33,466 bases of DNA from Macrostomum lignano (lineage: Eukaryota), in NCBI GenBank assembly GCA_002269645.1, contig NIVC01004848.1, positions 1-33,466 of the forward strand, given 5' to 3'. A model generated the notes under the pieces. That model made no database searches and was not told where the DNA came from. It saw only the letters and a program-made list of their open reading frames with translations. The position numbers and the translations under genes are program-made. Shown in pieces: positions 1-12,557 of this stretch; position 1 is the first letter of the stretch; the number at the start of each line of letters is the position of its first letter.

Positions 1-460
1 GGACCGCCATTTCTTTTCATTTTGGACTGTTCAAGGACCGCTATTTCTCTTCGTTTTGGACTGTTGAGGGACCGCGATTTCTCTCCGTTTCAGACTGTCA
101 TGGACCGCCATTTTCTCTTCGTTTTGGACTGTTCAGGGACCGCCATTTCTCTTCATTTTGGACTGTTCAAGGATCGCTATTTCTCTTCGTTTTGGACTGT
201 TGAGGGACCGCAATTCTCTTTGTTCTAGACTGTTCACAGGACCGCGATTTTCTTCGCTTTGGACTGTTCAGGGACCGCGATTTCTCTTTGTTTTGGATTG
301 TTCATGGACCATCATTTCTCTTTGTTTTGGACTGTTCAGGGACGCGATTTCTTTTCATTTTGGACTGTTCAGGGACCGCGATTTCTCTTTGTTTTGGATT
401 GTTCAGGGACCGCCATTTCTTTTCATTTTGGACTGTTCATGGACCGCCATTTCTTTTCTT
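1..460. repeat. Tandem repeat, ~34-bp unit (GGACCGCGATTTCTCTTTGTTTTGGACTGTTCAG-like), ~13 copies, truncated by the window start
   Basis: GGACC restarts at 1, 35, 69 and 102, and continues with diverged units to ~460. Confidence 0.92.
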
Positions 461-1242
461 AGACTTTTTAGTGATTTTTTACAAATTGTTACTAAATTAC
501 AATATTGCCACTTTGGGTTATTGAGAAAATAATAATTTATACATATATGTAGATAATTAGCATAACTGAATCAAATGACGAACTATTTAATTGAAATTCA
601 AATTGTACCACCTATAGTTAATTAAAACAAATGCAGAAAAAAACTAGCCCAAAAGAAGTTATTTCCTCAAACTAATACTATAGTTACTCGCGGAAAAAAA
701 CATTTTCTCCTTAGCCCAGAAGAAAAGCCAGCTGACTTCGGTTGCCGGGGAGTTGAAGAAGCAGAACACTGGAAAACGACCGTATTTCTCTGGGGGGGGG
801 GCAACGGTCCCAGAGAGGAGGTGTAGAATTCAGACAGCCAAATAGTGGCTACATCAGCCACTTCCCCATGTTCTCAAGAGACTGTGCCGCGTCAGAACTG
901 CTGCCAGTATTGGCTGAGTGTGTGTGCGTGTGTCCTTTCCTCCTGTTTTCCCGTCCTACTGGTCACACTTGTCTGCCGGTCTTCTGTTTTATTATAAGCA
1001 TCTTCATCTATAGATACACTTCGGAGGGAAAGTTTCATATAGGAGAAGAGAGTTGAAGTTTTCTTAAACAGTGCGCCTATTGCACTGGCTTATAGCTATG
1101 GATATTTTTATATCAGTTCCACTGCTTCAGAAATCAACTAGGGTACACAGGGGATGCTAGTTTTGAAAATATGAAACTTGGGACTCGCTTTTATAGCGAT
1201 TTGATGGGGGAACAGATTCTTCCTCAGTGCCGGAGTATTGAA

Positions 1243-1331
1243 GAGCAGAGAGGCGGATTCAATGACTGAGTGAGAGAGAGAGACAGAGAGAGAGAGCTGA
1301 GAGGCTGATTCAATGGCTGAGTGAGAGAGAG

Positions 1332-1406
<75 letters not shown>

Positions 1407-1630
1407 GCTGATTCAATGGCTGAGTGGAGAGAGAGAGAGAGAGCGGAGAGGCTGATTCAATGGCTGAGTGAGAGGAGCAGAGAGGCTGATTCAATGACTG
1501 AGTGAGAGAGAGAAAGCGGAGAGGCTGATTCAATGACTGAGTAGTGAGAGAGAGAAGAGCGGAGAGGCTGATTCAATGGCTGAGTGAGAGGAGCAGAGAG
1601 GCTGAGCCAATGACTGAGTGAGGAGAGCGG
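1243..1630. repeat. Short diverged array of the same 34-bp satellite as 6310-10772, with (GA)n expansions (long run ~1323-1400)
   Basis: The core GAGAGGCTGATTCAATG(A/G)CTGAGTGAG is shared with the large array. Confidence 0.9.
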
Positions 1631-1989
1631 CAGAAGCTTCGTCAATAAAGTGACAAAGAGATGGAGTGACTGAGTGATGGAGGGAGAGAGAGAGTGAAAG
1701 CAGTTCCGACTATTATAGTTGATTTAGTATTGTATATATGAATAGTATAGGCTGGTGAAAGCAAAAAATCATTCATTTTACGTTTTAAAAGGTAGGAGAA
1801 AGGGAGAGATAAACGCCCCAAGCAAGAGATGATTGATGAGCCACAAAGGTTTGACAGTATTCTTCATCACGGCGGCAAGTCTCTTGAAAACCATTTAAGG
1901 GCTGAAGTTATTTTGGCCTGAAATATAGCCGAATATTTCTACCGTTTTGTCGGAGTAATAATTAAAATATGACAATGTATATTTAAGGC

Positions 1990-2481
1990 CTGTGTATATT
2001 GTATCCACAGATGTGTATATTGTACCCACAAATGTGTATATTGTATCCACAATTGTGTATATTGTATCCGCAAATGTGTATATTGTATCCACAATTGTGT
2101 ATATTGTATCCGCAAATGTGTATATTGTACCCACAATTGTGTATATTGTACCCACAAATGTGTATATTGTATCCACAAATGTGTATATTGTATCCACAGA
2201 TGTGTATATAGTATTCACGTGTATATTGTATCCACAACTGTGTATATTGTGTGCGACAACTGTGTATATTGTGTGTGACAATGTGTATATTGTGTGTGAC
2301 AATGTATATATTCTGTGTGACAATGTGTATATTGTGTGTGACAATGTATATATTCTGTGTGACAATGTGTATATTGTGTGTGACAATGTATATATTCTGT
2401 GTGACAATGTGTATATTGTGTGTGACAATGTGTATATTGTGTGTGACAATGTGTATATTGTGTGTGACAATGTGTATATTG
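1990..2481. repeat. Tandem repeat, 21-bp unit (TGTGTATATTGTATCCACAAA on the left, TGTGTATATTGTGTGTGACAA on the right), ~23 copies
   Basis: Direct inspection; 7-aa periodicity in the overlapping ORFs. Confidence 0.95.
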
Positions 2482-3050
2482 TTAGAGCTAATGCGTATTT
2501 ACGAGCGTAGTATGCACAAAAAAGAAAATTGCTCAGCCCAGTCTGTACATAATACATCAATGTGTGCATCAGATATGGCTGCATCAATACAGTCTGCAGC
2601 AGCTCAGTCCAATACCATGCTTAATACTTCTCGGCCCCGTACAAAAACCGGGGCTTTGTTAATCAAGAAAGGCCGTCTTCAATTGAGTCCGTTGGATATT
2701 TATAGATCAAAGGAAAATTGCCTGGCTTGGCTGTACATCAAATGCTCATCAAATTCCCAAGATATTCTCCAACAGACTTAAGATTTAGGTATAAGGAATG
2801 CGGCAACCTCATTCACAAACCTGCTTGACTCAAAATAACTGAATTTAATTAATAATTGCATATAAGCTTGTTTATACAATACCTAAGCAACACTTAAGCT
2901 GCCTTCATTATACCTTAAACGTTGCCTGTTGGAGATTAGGAATAAAGAGATAGATATGTAGAGTGAGAGATTAGCGATGGATGGAGGGGATTGATTGGAG
3001 ATAAAAATGGTAAATTAGAAACGGGAGCTGATAGACTAGAGGTTGAATGA

Positions 3051-3440
3051 GGGAAATTAGAAATGGAATGGGAGAGATTAGAGATGAAATAGAAGAGATT
3101 AGGGATACAATATGAGAGATTAGAAAGAGAATCAGAGAGATTAGAGATAGAATAGGAGAGATTGGAGATAGAATAGGAGAGATTAGAGATAGAATAGGAG
3201 AGATTGGAGATAGAATAGGAGAGATTGGAGATAGAATAGGAGAGATTAGAGATAGAATAGGAGAGATTGGAGATAGAATAGGAGAGATTAGAGATAGGAT
3301 AGGAGACATTAGAGATAGAATAGGAGAGATTGGAGATAGAATAGGAGAGATTAGAGATAGGATAGGAGACATTAGAGATAGAGTAGGAGAGATTGGAGAT
3401 GGAATAGATAAGATTAGAAATACGGAGATTAGAGACGGGA
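3051..3440. repeat. Purine-rich tandem repeat, 21-bp unit (GAGAGATTAGAGATAGAATAG), ~18 copies
   Basis: Direct inspection; 7-aa periodicity (SNLSYSI) in the minus-strand ORF. Confidence 0.92.
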
Positions 3441-3844
3441 TAGTGGATCTTAGACATGGGTAGGCAATAGACAATAATTCAGAAACGGGAGAGCATCTCT
3501 GACCTCTGCACGGCCGCACAAAACTACACTCTCAAATTTCTGGACTTTATCTGATTGCTCGAACCTTTCAGATAGGAGACTGGAAGCCCGAGGACATGCT
3601 AATTAATCAGTTTTAGTCCTTTGAGATTGCAGTCAGTACGACCTCTATGCACCAAGTCTTTTACTTTCTTTTGCTGTTGACTGCTGACCTGGTAGATTTA
3701 TATATTTTTGTGATTTCTTTAAACAGCCCAGTTAGTACTTGTGTAGCATTATAGTTAACCAAGGAATATGGAGTCTTGGATATTCTGCTCAGAAGGTGAG
3801 AGAGAAAGAGAGACAAGGTTTTTGAGAGGCCAAGTAGGGCTAGG

Positions 3845-5172
3845 AGAGAGTAAGCGGGGAAGAGAGAGAGTAAGGGTGGGAGAGAAAGGGTAAGGGGGGA
3901 GAGAGAATGGTGGTGTGGGAGAGAGAGTAAGCGTGGGAGAGAATAGGGGTGAGAGAGAGGGAGAGTAGGGGTGAGAGAGAGGGAGAGTAGGGGTGAGAGA
4001 GAGGGAGAGTAGAGGTGAGAGAGAGGAGAGTAGGGGTAAGAGAGAGGGAGAGTAGGGCTGAGGGAGAGGGAGAGTAGAGGTGAGAGAGAGGGAGAGTAGG
4101 GGTAAGAGAGAGGGAGAGTAGGGGTAAGAGAGAGGGAGAGTAGGGGTGAGGGAGAGGAAGAGTAGGGGTGAGGGAGAGGAAGAGTAGGGGTGAGGGAGAG
4201 GGAGAGTAGAGGTGAGAGAGAGGGAGAGTAGGGGTAAGAGAGAGGGAGAGTAGGGCTGAGGGAGAGGGAGAGTAGGGGTAAGAGAGAGGGAGAGTAGGGC
4301 TGAGGGAGAGGGAGAGTAGGGGTAAGAGAGAGGGAGAGTAGGGGTGAGGGAGAGGAAGAGTAGGGGTGAGGGAGAGGAAGAGTAGGGGTGAGGGAGAGGG
4401 AGAGTAGAGGTGAGAGAGAGGGAGAGTAGGGGTAAGAGAGAGGGAGAGTAGGGTAAGAGAGAGGGAGAGTAGGGGTGAGGGAGAGGAAGAGTAGAGGTGA
4501 GAGAGAGGGAGAGTAGGGGTAAGAGACAGGAGAGTAGGGGTGAGGGAGAGGGAGAGTAGAGGTGAGAGAGAGGGAGAGTAGGGGTAAGAGAGAGGGAGAG
4601 TAGGGCTGAGGGAGAGGGAGAGTAGAGGTGAGAGAGAGGGAGAGTAGGACTGAGGGAGAGGGAGAGTAGAGGTGAGAGAGAGGGAGAGTAGGGGTGAGAG
4701 AGAGGGAGAGTAGGGGTGAGGGAGAGGGAGAGTAGAGGTGAGAGAGAGGGAGAGTAGGGGTAAGAGAGAGGAGAGTAGGGGTAAGAGAGAGGGAGAGTAG
4801 GGGTGAGGGAGAGGAAGAGTAGGGGTGAGGGAGAGGGAGAGAAGAGGTGAGAGAGAGGGAGAGTAGGGGTAAGAGAGAGGGAGAGTAGGGGTAAGAGAGA
4901 GGAGAGTAGGGGTGAGGGAGAGGAAGAGTAGGGGTGAGGGAGAGGGAGAGTAGAGGTGAGAGAGAGGGAGAGTAGGGGTAAGAGAGAGGGAGAGTAGGGG
5001 TGAGGGAGAGGAAGAGTAGGGGTGAGGGAGAGGAAGAGTAGGGGTGAGGGAGAGGGAGAGTAGAGGTGAGAGAGAGGGAGAGTAGGGGTGAGGGAGAGGG
5101 AGAGTAGGGTTGAGAGAGAGAGAGAGTAGGGGTGAGAAGGAGAGTAGGGATGAGAAGGAGAGTAGGGATGAG
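3845..5172. repeat. Purine-rich tandem repeat, ~22-bp unit (GAGAGTAGGGGTGAGAGAGAGG), ~60 copies
   Basis: Direct inspection; the + strand is almost entirely A/G. Confidence 0.95.
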
Positions 5173-5599
5173 AGAGCTTGAGAAGAGGATGGGGAGTGAA
5201 GCGCACATCGTAGCCCATTACTTCAGATTCGTCTATCAACAAGAAGCAACCAAAAAGTCTCTTGAATTCCTGTAAAGAACAGCAGAAGCGCACTTGAAAC
5301 TGCTTTGCAAAGAAGCGAGCTCTCTTTTCCTCAGCGCCAACTATGCATTGCACAATCGTATTAATTTGGTCTCGACTAAAGGAGATTAACGTCTTGTCTT
5401 ATCCGTGTTGCATTTTTGGTCAGGAATGAGGATTTCAGTGGGAACGGCCTCGCGTGAACCATTGGGGAAGAGAAGGTATCAGACATGACAGGGTACGACT
5501 TTGACTCAAGAATAGCCTCTTGTTTGATAGAGTGCTGCTCTTCAAGCTGGTCAGGGCGCTTAGAGTACTTGAAAAACTTTTAAAGATGAGATCGTTAAT

Positions 5600-5884
<285 letters not shown>

Positions 5885-6309
5885 GCAAGCTAAAGATGAA
5901 GCATGCTTACAGCTTCCTTTCCCCACTCGATGTCGCCAAACGGGGCCACAAAAGCTACACAAGATGAATAAAGCCACAGCGAGTTCTGAACAAGTTGGTC
6001 CACTTGAGATGCTTCATCCTACAGTTTCATCCCCAATTCTTGAATCCATTGAATGATGCGTAAATTTCAAAGTAAAAAAGCGAGCCGAAGAAAACCTGAC
6101 GGGGGTGTCACTCAGCCCCAATATTGCAATTCTGCCTGTCTTGAAATCTCATTCGATACAGTCGGGCAGCGGCTGCTGACGCAAAACAAAGTCGCTATGA
6201 GCGGTTCAGTAGGAAACATAAACTGATGGGCGATGATAAATAAGTTTCAGTACAATACATATATCTGAGAAGTTGATTTAAAATTTTAGTTTTAATGATG
6301 CAACCTGAA

Positions 6310-9300
6310 AGGCTGATTCAATGACTGAGTGAGGAGAGCGGAGAGGCTGATTCAATGACTGAGTAAGAGGAGCGGAGAGGCTGATTCAATGACTGAGTGA
6401 GGGGAGCGGAGAGGCTGATTCAATGACTGAGTGAGGGGAGCGGAGAGGCTGAGCCAATGACTGAGTAAGAGGAGCGGAGAGGCTGATTCAATGACTGAGT
6501 AAGAGGAGCGGAGAGGCTGATTCAATGACTGAGTGAGGGAGCGGAGAGGCTGATTCAATGACTGAGTGAGGGGAGCGGAGAGGCTGAGCAATGACTGAGT
6601 GAGGAGAGCGGAGAGGCTGATTCAATGACTGAGTAAGAGGAGCGGAGAGGCTGATTCAATGACTGAGTGAGGGGAGCGGAGAGGCTGATTCAATGACTGA
6701 GTGAGGAGAGCGGAGAGGCTGATTCAATGACTGAGTAAGAGGAGCGGAGAGGCTGATTCAATGACTGAGTGAGGGGAGCGGAGAGGCTGATTCAATGACT
6801 GAGTGAGGGAGCGGAGAGGCTGAGCCAATGACTGAGTGAGGAGAGCGGAGCGGCTGATTCAATTACTGAGTGAGGAGAGCGGAGAGGCTGATTCAATGAC
6901 TGAGTGAGGAGAGCGGAGCGGCTGATTCAATGACTGAGTGAGAGAGAGAGAGAGAGAGAGCGGAGAGGCTGATTCAATGACTGAGTGAGGGGAGCGGAGA
7001 GGCTGATTCAATGACTGAGTGAGGAGAGCGGAGAGGCTGAGCCAATGACTGAGTGAGGGGAGCGGAGAGGCTGAGCCAATGACTGAGTGAGGGAGCGGAG
7101 AGGCTGATTCAATGACTGAGTGAGGGGAGCGGAGAGGCTGATTCAATGACTGAGTGAGGGGAGCGGAGAGGCTGAGCAATGACTGAGTGAGGAGAGCGGA
7201 GCGGCTGATTCAATTACTGAGTGAGGAGAGCGGAGAGGCTGATTCAATGACTGAGTGAGGAGAGCGGAGCGGCTGATTCAATGACTGAGTGAGAGAGAGA
7301 GAGAGCGAAGAGGCTGATTCAATGACTGAGTAAGAGGAGCGGAGAGGCTGATTCAATGACTGAGTGAGGGGAGCGGAGAGGCTGATTCAATGACTGAGTG
7401 AGGAGAGCGGAGAGGCTGATTCAATGACTGAGTAAGAGGAGCGGAGAGGCTGATTCAATGACTGAGTGAGGGAGCGGAGAGGCTGATTCAATGACTGAGT
7501 GAGGGGAGCGGAGAGGCTGATTCAATGACTGAGTGAGGGGAGCGGAGAGGCTGAGCAATGACTGAGTGAGGAGAGCGGAGCGGCTGATTCAATTACTGAG
7601 TGAGGAGAGCGGAGAGGCTGATTCAATGACTGAGTGAGGAGAGCGGAGCGGCTGATTCAATGACTGAGTGAGAGAGAGAGAGAGAGAGCGGAGAGGCTGA
7701 TTCAATGACTGAGTGAGGGGAGCGGAGAGGCTGATTCAATGACTGAGTGAGAGGGAGCGAAGAGGCTGAGCCAATGACTGAGTGAGGGGAGCGGAGAGGC
7801 TGAGCCAATGACTGAGTGAGGGGAGCGGAGAGGCTGATTCAATGACTGAGTGAGGGGAGCGGAGAGGCTGATTCAATGACTGAGTGAGGGGAGCGGAGAG
7901 GCTGAGCCAATGACTGAGTGAGGAGAGCGGAGCGGCTGATTCAATTACTGAGTGAGGAGAGCGGAGAGGCTGATTCAATGACTGAGTGAGGAGAGCGGAG
8001 CGGCTGATTCAATGACTGAGTGAGAGAGAGAGAGAGCGGAGAGGCTGATTCAATGACTGAGTAAGAGGAGCGGAGAGGCTGATTCAATGACTGAGTGAGG
8101 GGAGCGGAGAGGCTGATTCAATGACTGAGTGAGGAGAGCGGAGAGGCTGATTCAATGACTGAGTAAGAGGAGCGGAGAGGCTGATTCAATGACTGAGTGA
8201 GGGGAGCGGAGAGGCTGATTCAATGACTGAGTGAGGGGAGCGGAGAGGCTGATTCAATGACTGAGTGAGGGGAGCGGAGAGGCTGATTCAATGACTGAGT
8301 GAGGGGAGCGGAGAGGCTGAGCCAATGACTGAGTAAGAGGAGCGGAGAGGCTGATTCAATGACTGAGTAAGAGGAGCGGAGAGGCTGATTCAATGACTGA
8401 GTGAGGGGAGCGGAGAGGCTGATTCAATGACTGAGTGAGGGGAGCGGAGAGGCTGAGCCAATGACTGAGTGAGGAGAGCGGAGAGGCTGATTCAATGACT
8501 GAGTAAGAGGAGCGGAGAGGCTGATTCAATGACTGAGTGAGGGGAGCGGAGAGGCTGATTCAATGACTGAGTGAGGAGAGCGGAGAGGCTGATTCAATGA
8601 CTGAGTAAGAGGAGCGGAGAGGCTGATTCAATGACTGAGTGAGGGGAGCGGAGAGGCTGATTCAATGACTGAGTGAGGGGAGCGGAGAGGCTGAGCCAAT
8701 GACTGAGTGAGGAGAGCGGAGCGGCTGATTCAATTACTGAGTGAGGAGAGCGGAGAGGCTGATTCAATGACTGAGTGAGGAGAGCGGAGCGGCTGATTCA
8801 ATGACTGAGTGAGAGAGAGAGAGAGAGAGCGGAGAGGCTGATTCAATGACTGAGTGAGGGGAGCGGAGAGGCTGATTCAATGACTGAGTGAGGAGAGCGG
8901 AGAGGCTGAGCCAATGACTGAGTGAGGGGAGCGGAGAGGCTGAGCCAATGACTGAGTGAGGGGAGCGGAGAGGCTGATTCAATGACTGAGTGAGGGGAGC
9001 GGAGAGGCTGATTCAATGACTGAGTGAGGGAGCGGAGAGGCTGAGCCAATGACTGAGTGAGGAGAGCGGAGCGGCTGATTCAATTACTGAGTGAGGAGAG
9101 CGGAGAGGCTGATTCAATGACTGAGTGAGGAGAGCGGAGCGGCTGATTCAATGACTGAGTGAGAGAGAGAGAGAGCGGAGAGGCTGATTCAATGACTGAG
9201 TAAGAGGAGCGGAGAGGCTGATTCAATGACTGAGTGAGGGGAGCGGAGAGGCTGATTCAATGACTGAGTGAGGAGAGCGGAGAGGCTGATTCAATGACTG

Positions 9301-10772
9301 AGTAAGAGGAGCGGAGAGGCTGATTCAATGACTGAGTGAGGGGAGCGGAGAGGCTGATTCAATGACTGAGTGAGGGAGCGGAGAGGCTGATTCAATGACT
9401 GAGTGAGGGGAGCGGAGAGGCTGAGCCAATGACTGAGTGAGGAGAGCGGAGCGGCTGATTCAATTACTGAGTGAGGAGAGCGGAGAGGCTGATTCAATGA
9501 CTGAGTGAGGAGAGCGGAGCGGCTGATTCAATGACTGAGTGAGAGAGAGAGAGAGAGAGCGGAGAGGCTGATTCAATGACTGAGTGAGGGGAGCGGAGAG
9601 GCTGATTCAATGACTGAGTGAGGGGAGCGGAGAGGCTGATTCAATGACTGAGTGAGGGGAGCGGAGAGGCTGAGCCAATGACTGAGTGAGGGGAGCGGAG
9701 AGGCTGATTCAATGACTGAGTGAGGGGAGCGGAGAGGCTGATTCAATGACTGAGTGAGGGGAGCGGAGAGGCTGAGCCAATGACTGAGTGAGGAGAGCGG
9801 AGCGGCTGATTCAATTACTGAGTGAGGAGAGCGGAGAGGCTGATTCAATGACTGAGTGAGGAGAGCGGAGCGGCTGATTCAATGACTGAGTGAGAGAGAG
9901 AGAGAGCGGAGAGGCTGATTCAATGACTGAGTAAGAGGAGCGGAGAGGCTGATTCAATGACTGAGTGAGGGGAGCGGAGAGGCTGATTCAATGACTGAGT
10001 GAGGAGAGCGGAGAGGCTGATTCAATGACTGAGTAAGAGGAGCGGAGAGGCTGATTCAATGACTGAGTGAGGGGAGCGGAGAGGCTGATTCAATGACTGA
10101 GTGAGGGGAGCGGAGAGGCTGATTCAATGACTGAGTGAGGGGAGCGGAGAGGCTGAGCCAATGACTGAGTGAGGAGAGCGGAGCGGCTGATTCAATTACT
10201 GAGTGAGGAGAGCGGAGAGGCTGATTCAATGACTGAGTGAGGAGAGCGGAGCGGCTGATTCAATGACTGAGTGAGAGAGAGAGAGAGAGAGCGGAGAGGC
10301 TGATTCAATGACTGAGTGAGGGGAGCGGAGAGGCTGATTCAATGACTGAGTAAGAGGAGCGGAGAGGCTGATTCAATGACTGAGTGAGGGGAGCGGAGAG
10401 GCTGATTCAATGACTGAGTGAGGGGAGCGGAGAGGCTGATTCAATGACTGAGTGAGGGGAGCGGAGAGGCTGAGCCAATGATTGAGTGAGGAGAGCGGAG
10501 CGGCTGATTCAATTACTGAGTGAGGAGAGCGGAGAGGCTGATTCAATGACTGAGTGAGAGAGAGAGAGAGTGGAGAGGCTGATTCAATGACTGAGTTAGG
10601 GGAGCGGAAAGGCTGATTCAATGACTGAGTGAGAGAGAGAGAGAGAGAGTGGAGAGGCTGATTCAATGACTGAGTGAGGAGAGCGGAGAGGCTGATTCAA
10701 TGACTGAGTGAGAGAGAGAGAGAGAGAGAGAGTGGAGAGGCTGATTCAATGACTGAGTAAGGGGAGCGGAGA
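6310..10772. repeat. Large satellite array, 34-bp monomer (GGAGAGGCTGATTCAATGACTGAGTGAGGGGAGC), ~130 monomers, with higher-order structure
   Basis: Direct inspection; diagnostic variant monomers recur at fixed spacings (see findings). Confidence 0.97.
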
Positions 10773-11477
10773 GACAGACTCAACGTCTGGAAGAAAGTAT
10801 GCTTGAAGGCAATTGCACTTACCAACACAAATGCTGAGCAGAGTCACTAGGAGGGTAATGTCAACGAATAATTTAGAATTTGGATTTCTATAATTGCTAG
10901 AAAACATACTTTCGATATATAGAAAGTCAAATATATTGTCCTTAAATTCAGGTAGGTAGCCTAATTTGCAGCAAGAAATTCACAGTTTACTGACTGTAGG
11001 GCACAATGGTCTTCAATATATCCTGAGAGCCAAGTGTGGCCAATGTGAACTGTCCTTTCTGAGGCTGCAACAGCGAGGGTGGCCCATGCAGATATGCCAG
11101 TATTTGCTGCAGCCAATCAGATCTGATTTGAGGGTTCGAGAACTTACCAAGGATCATCTCCCATTGGTTGGTTAAAGAGGAGCAGTAATTTGGGATTTGG
11201 GATTGTCGCGGCCAAAGCAGAAATGTGTAGCTTTTCGTGCTTTAACATTATCATTGAATGTATTGTTCTTTAACAATCAGAATTGTCACTCACTATTGGA
11301 AATAATTTCTCATAATTTAATAATAATAATTCGAAACTTACCTAAGACTGATTGCTGGAACTTTCTTAGAATCAGAATAATTTTGGGTTTCCAATTTAAT
11401 TTTTTAATTTTTTACTTTATTCTCCTTCCTTAAAATCCTCTGATATTTCCCGGAATTTATTTTTGAGCTGTCTTGTA

Positions 11478-12229
11478 ATCGCTTGATGTTTTTTTGAATT
11501 GCTTGACACTTCTTTGCATTGCTTGAGATGTTCTACATTAGCTTGATGTTTTATGGAATCGCATGGCGTTTCCTAGAATCGCTGGATGTTTTCTGGAGTC
11601 GCTTGATGTTTTCTGAAATCGCTTGATGGTTTCTGGAATCGCTTGGTTTTTCCTGGAATCGCTTGATGTTTTCTGGAATCGCTAGATGTTTTCTGGATTC
11701 GCTTGACATTTCCAGGAAGCGCTTGATGTTTCCTGGAATCCCTAGATTTTCTTAGAATCGGTCGACATTTCCAGGAATCGCTTGATGTTTCCTGGAATCC
11801 CTTGATTTTCTTAGAATCGGTCGACATTTCCAGGAATCGCTTGACATTTCCAGGAAGCGCTTGATGTTTCCTGGAATCCCTTGATTTTCTTAGAATCGGT
11901 CGACATTTCCAGGAATCGCTTGACATTTCCAGGAAGCGCTTGATGTTTCCTGGAATCCCTTGATTTTCTTAGAATCGGTCGAAATTTCCAGGAATCGCTT
12001 GACATTTCCAGGAAGCGCTTGATGTTTCCTGGAATCCCTTGATTTTCTTAGAATCGGTCGAAATTTCCAGGAATCGCTTGACATTTCCAGGAAGCGCTTG
12101 ATGTTTCCTGGAATCCCTAGATTTTCTTAGAATCGGTCGACATTTCCAGGAATCGCTTGATGTTTCCTTAATTTTTGATAATTTATGAAAATTTTGATGT
12201 GTTTAAAAAATCGCTTGATGTTTCTTGGA
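11478..12229. repeat. Tandem array of ~20-bp monomers (GAATCGCTTGATGTTTTCTG) grading into a 79-bp four-monomer higher-order repeat
   Basis: GAATCGGTCGA recurs every 79 bp from ~11815 to ~12130; simpler 20-mers lie at 11570-11700. Confidence 0.92.
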
Positions 12230-12557
12230 CTTTCTTTATGGTTCCTGCAATCGTACGGATATTTTCTAGTTTCAAAGTTTAGTCTGCCTAATAATTATTA
12301 TTAGTTAAATTATTTCGTTAATATGAAATTACAACAAAGCTGCCTGATTCGTGACACAACACAATACAAACACTGACGATATTTTGATTATAGATTTCAT
12401 TAAGATTCCCATTTCTTAGTCAATGTTCTTCCACAAGTTTATTAGGCAATTTTTCTTTTAGCAGAAATCCTACTTAACAGTGTACTTGATAAAAAGCAGT
12501 GTTGGCGACATTTCAACCGTCTGTTCTTTGTTTGTAGTAGTTGGCTGACGGAATCTA

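Noticed and set aside
713-910. Possible + strand exon after TTTTCTCCTTAG (PEEKPADFGCRG...)
   Set aside because: It needs a frameshift in a G run to stay open, has no clear donor, and has no recognisable homology.
3661-5353. 515-aa and 532-aa minus-strand ORFs (extensin-like SPSP/YSP text)
   Set aside because: They are translations of a 22-bp purine-rich repeat whose complement cannot form stops. The unit is not a multiple of 3, and several frames are open.
5435-5590. LRR-like peptide LSALTSLKSSTLSNKRL and Walker-B-like FLLIDES (~5230) on the minus strand
   Set aside because: Key LRR residues are wrong, each motif is isolated, and alternative frames look equally protein-like.
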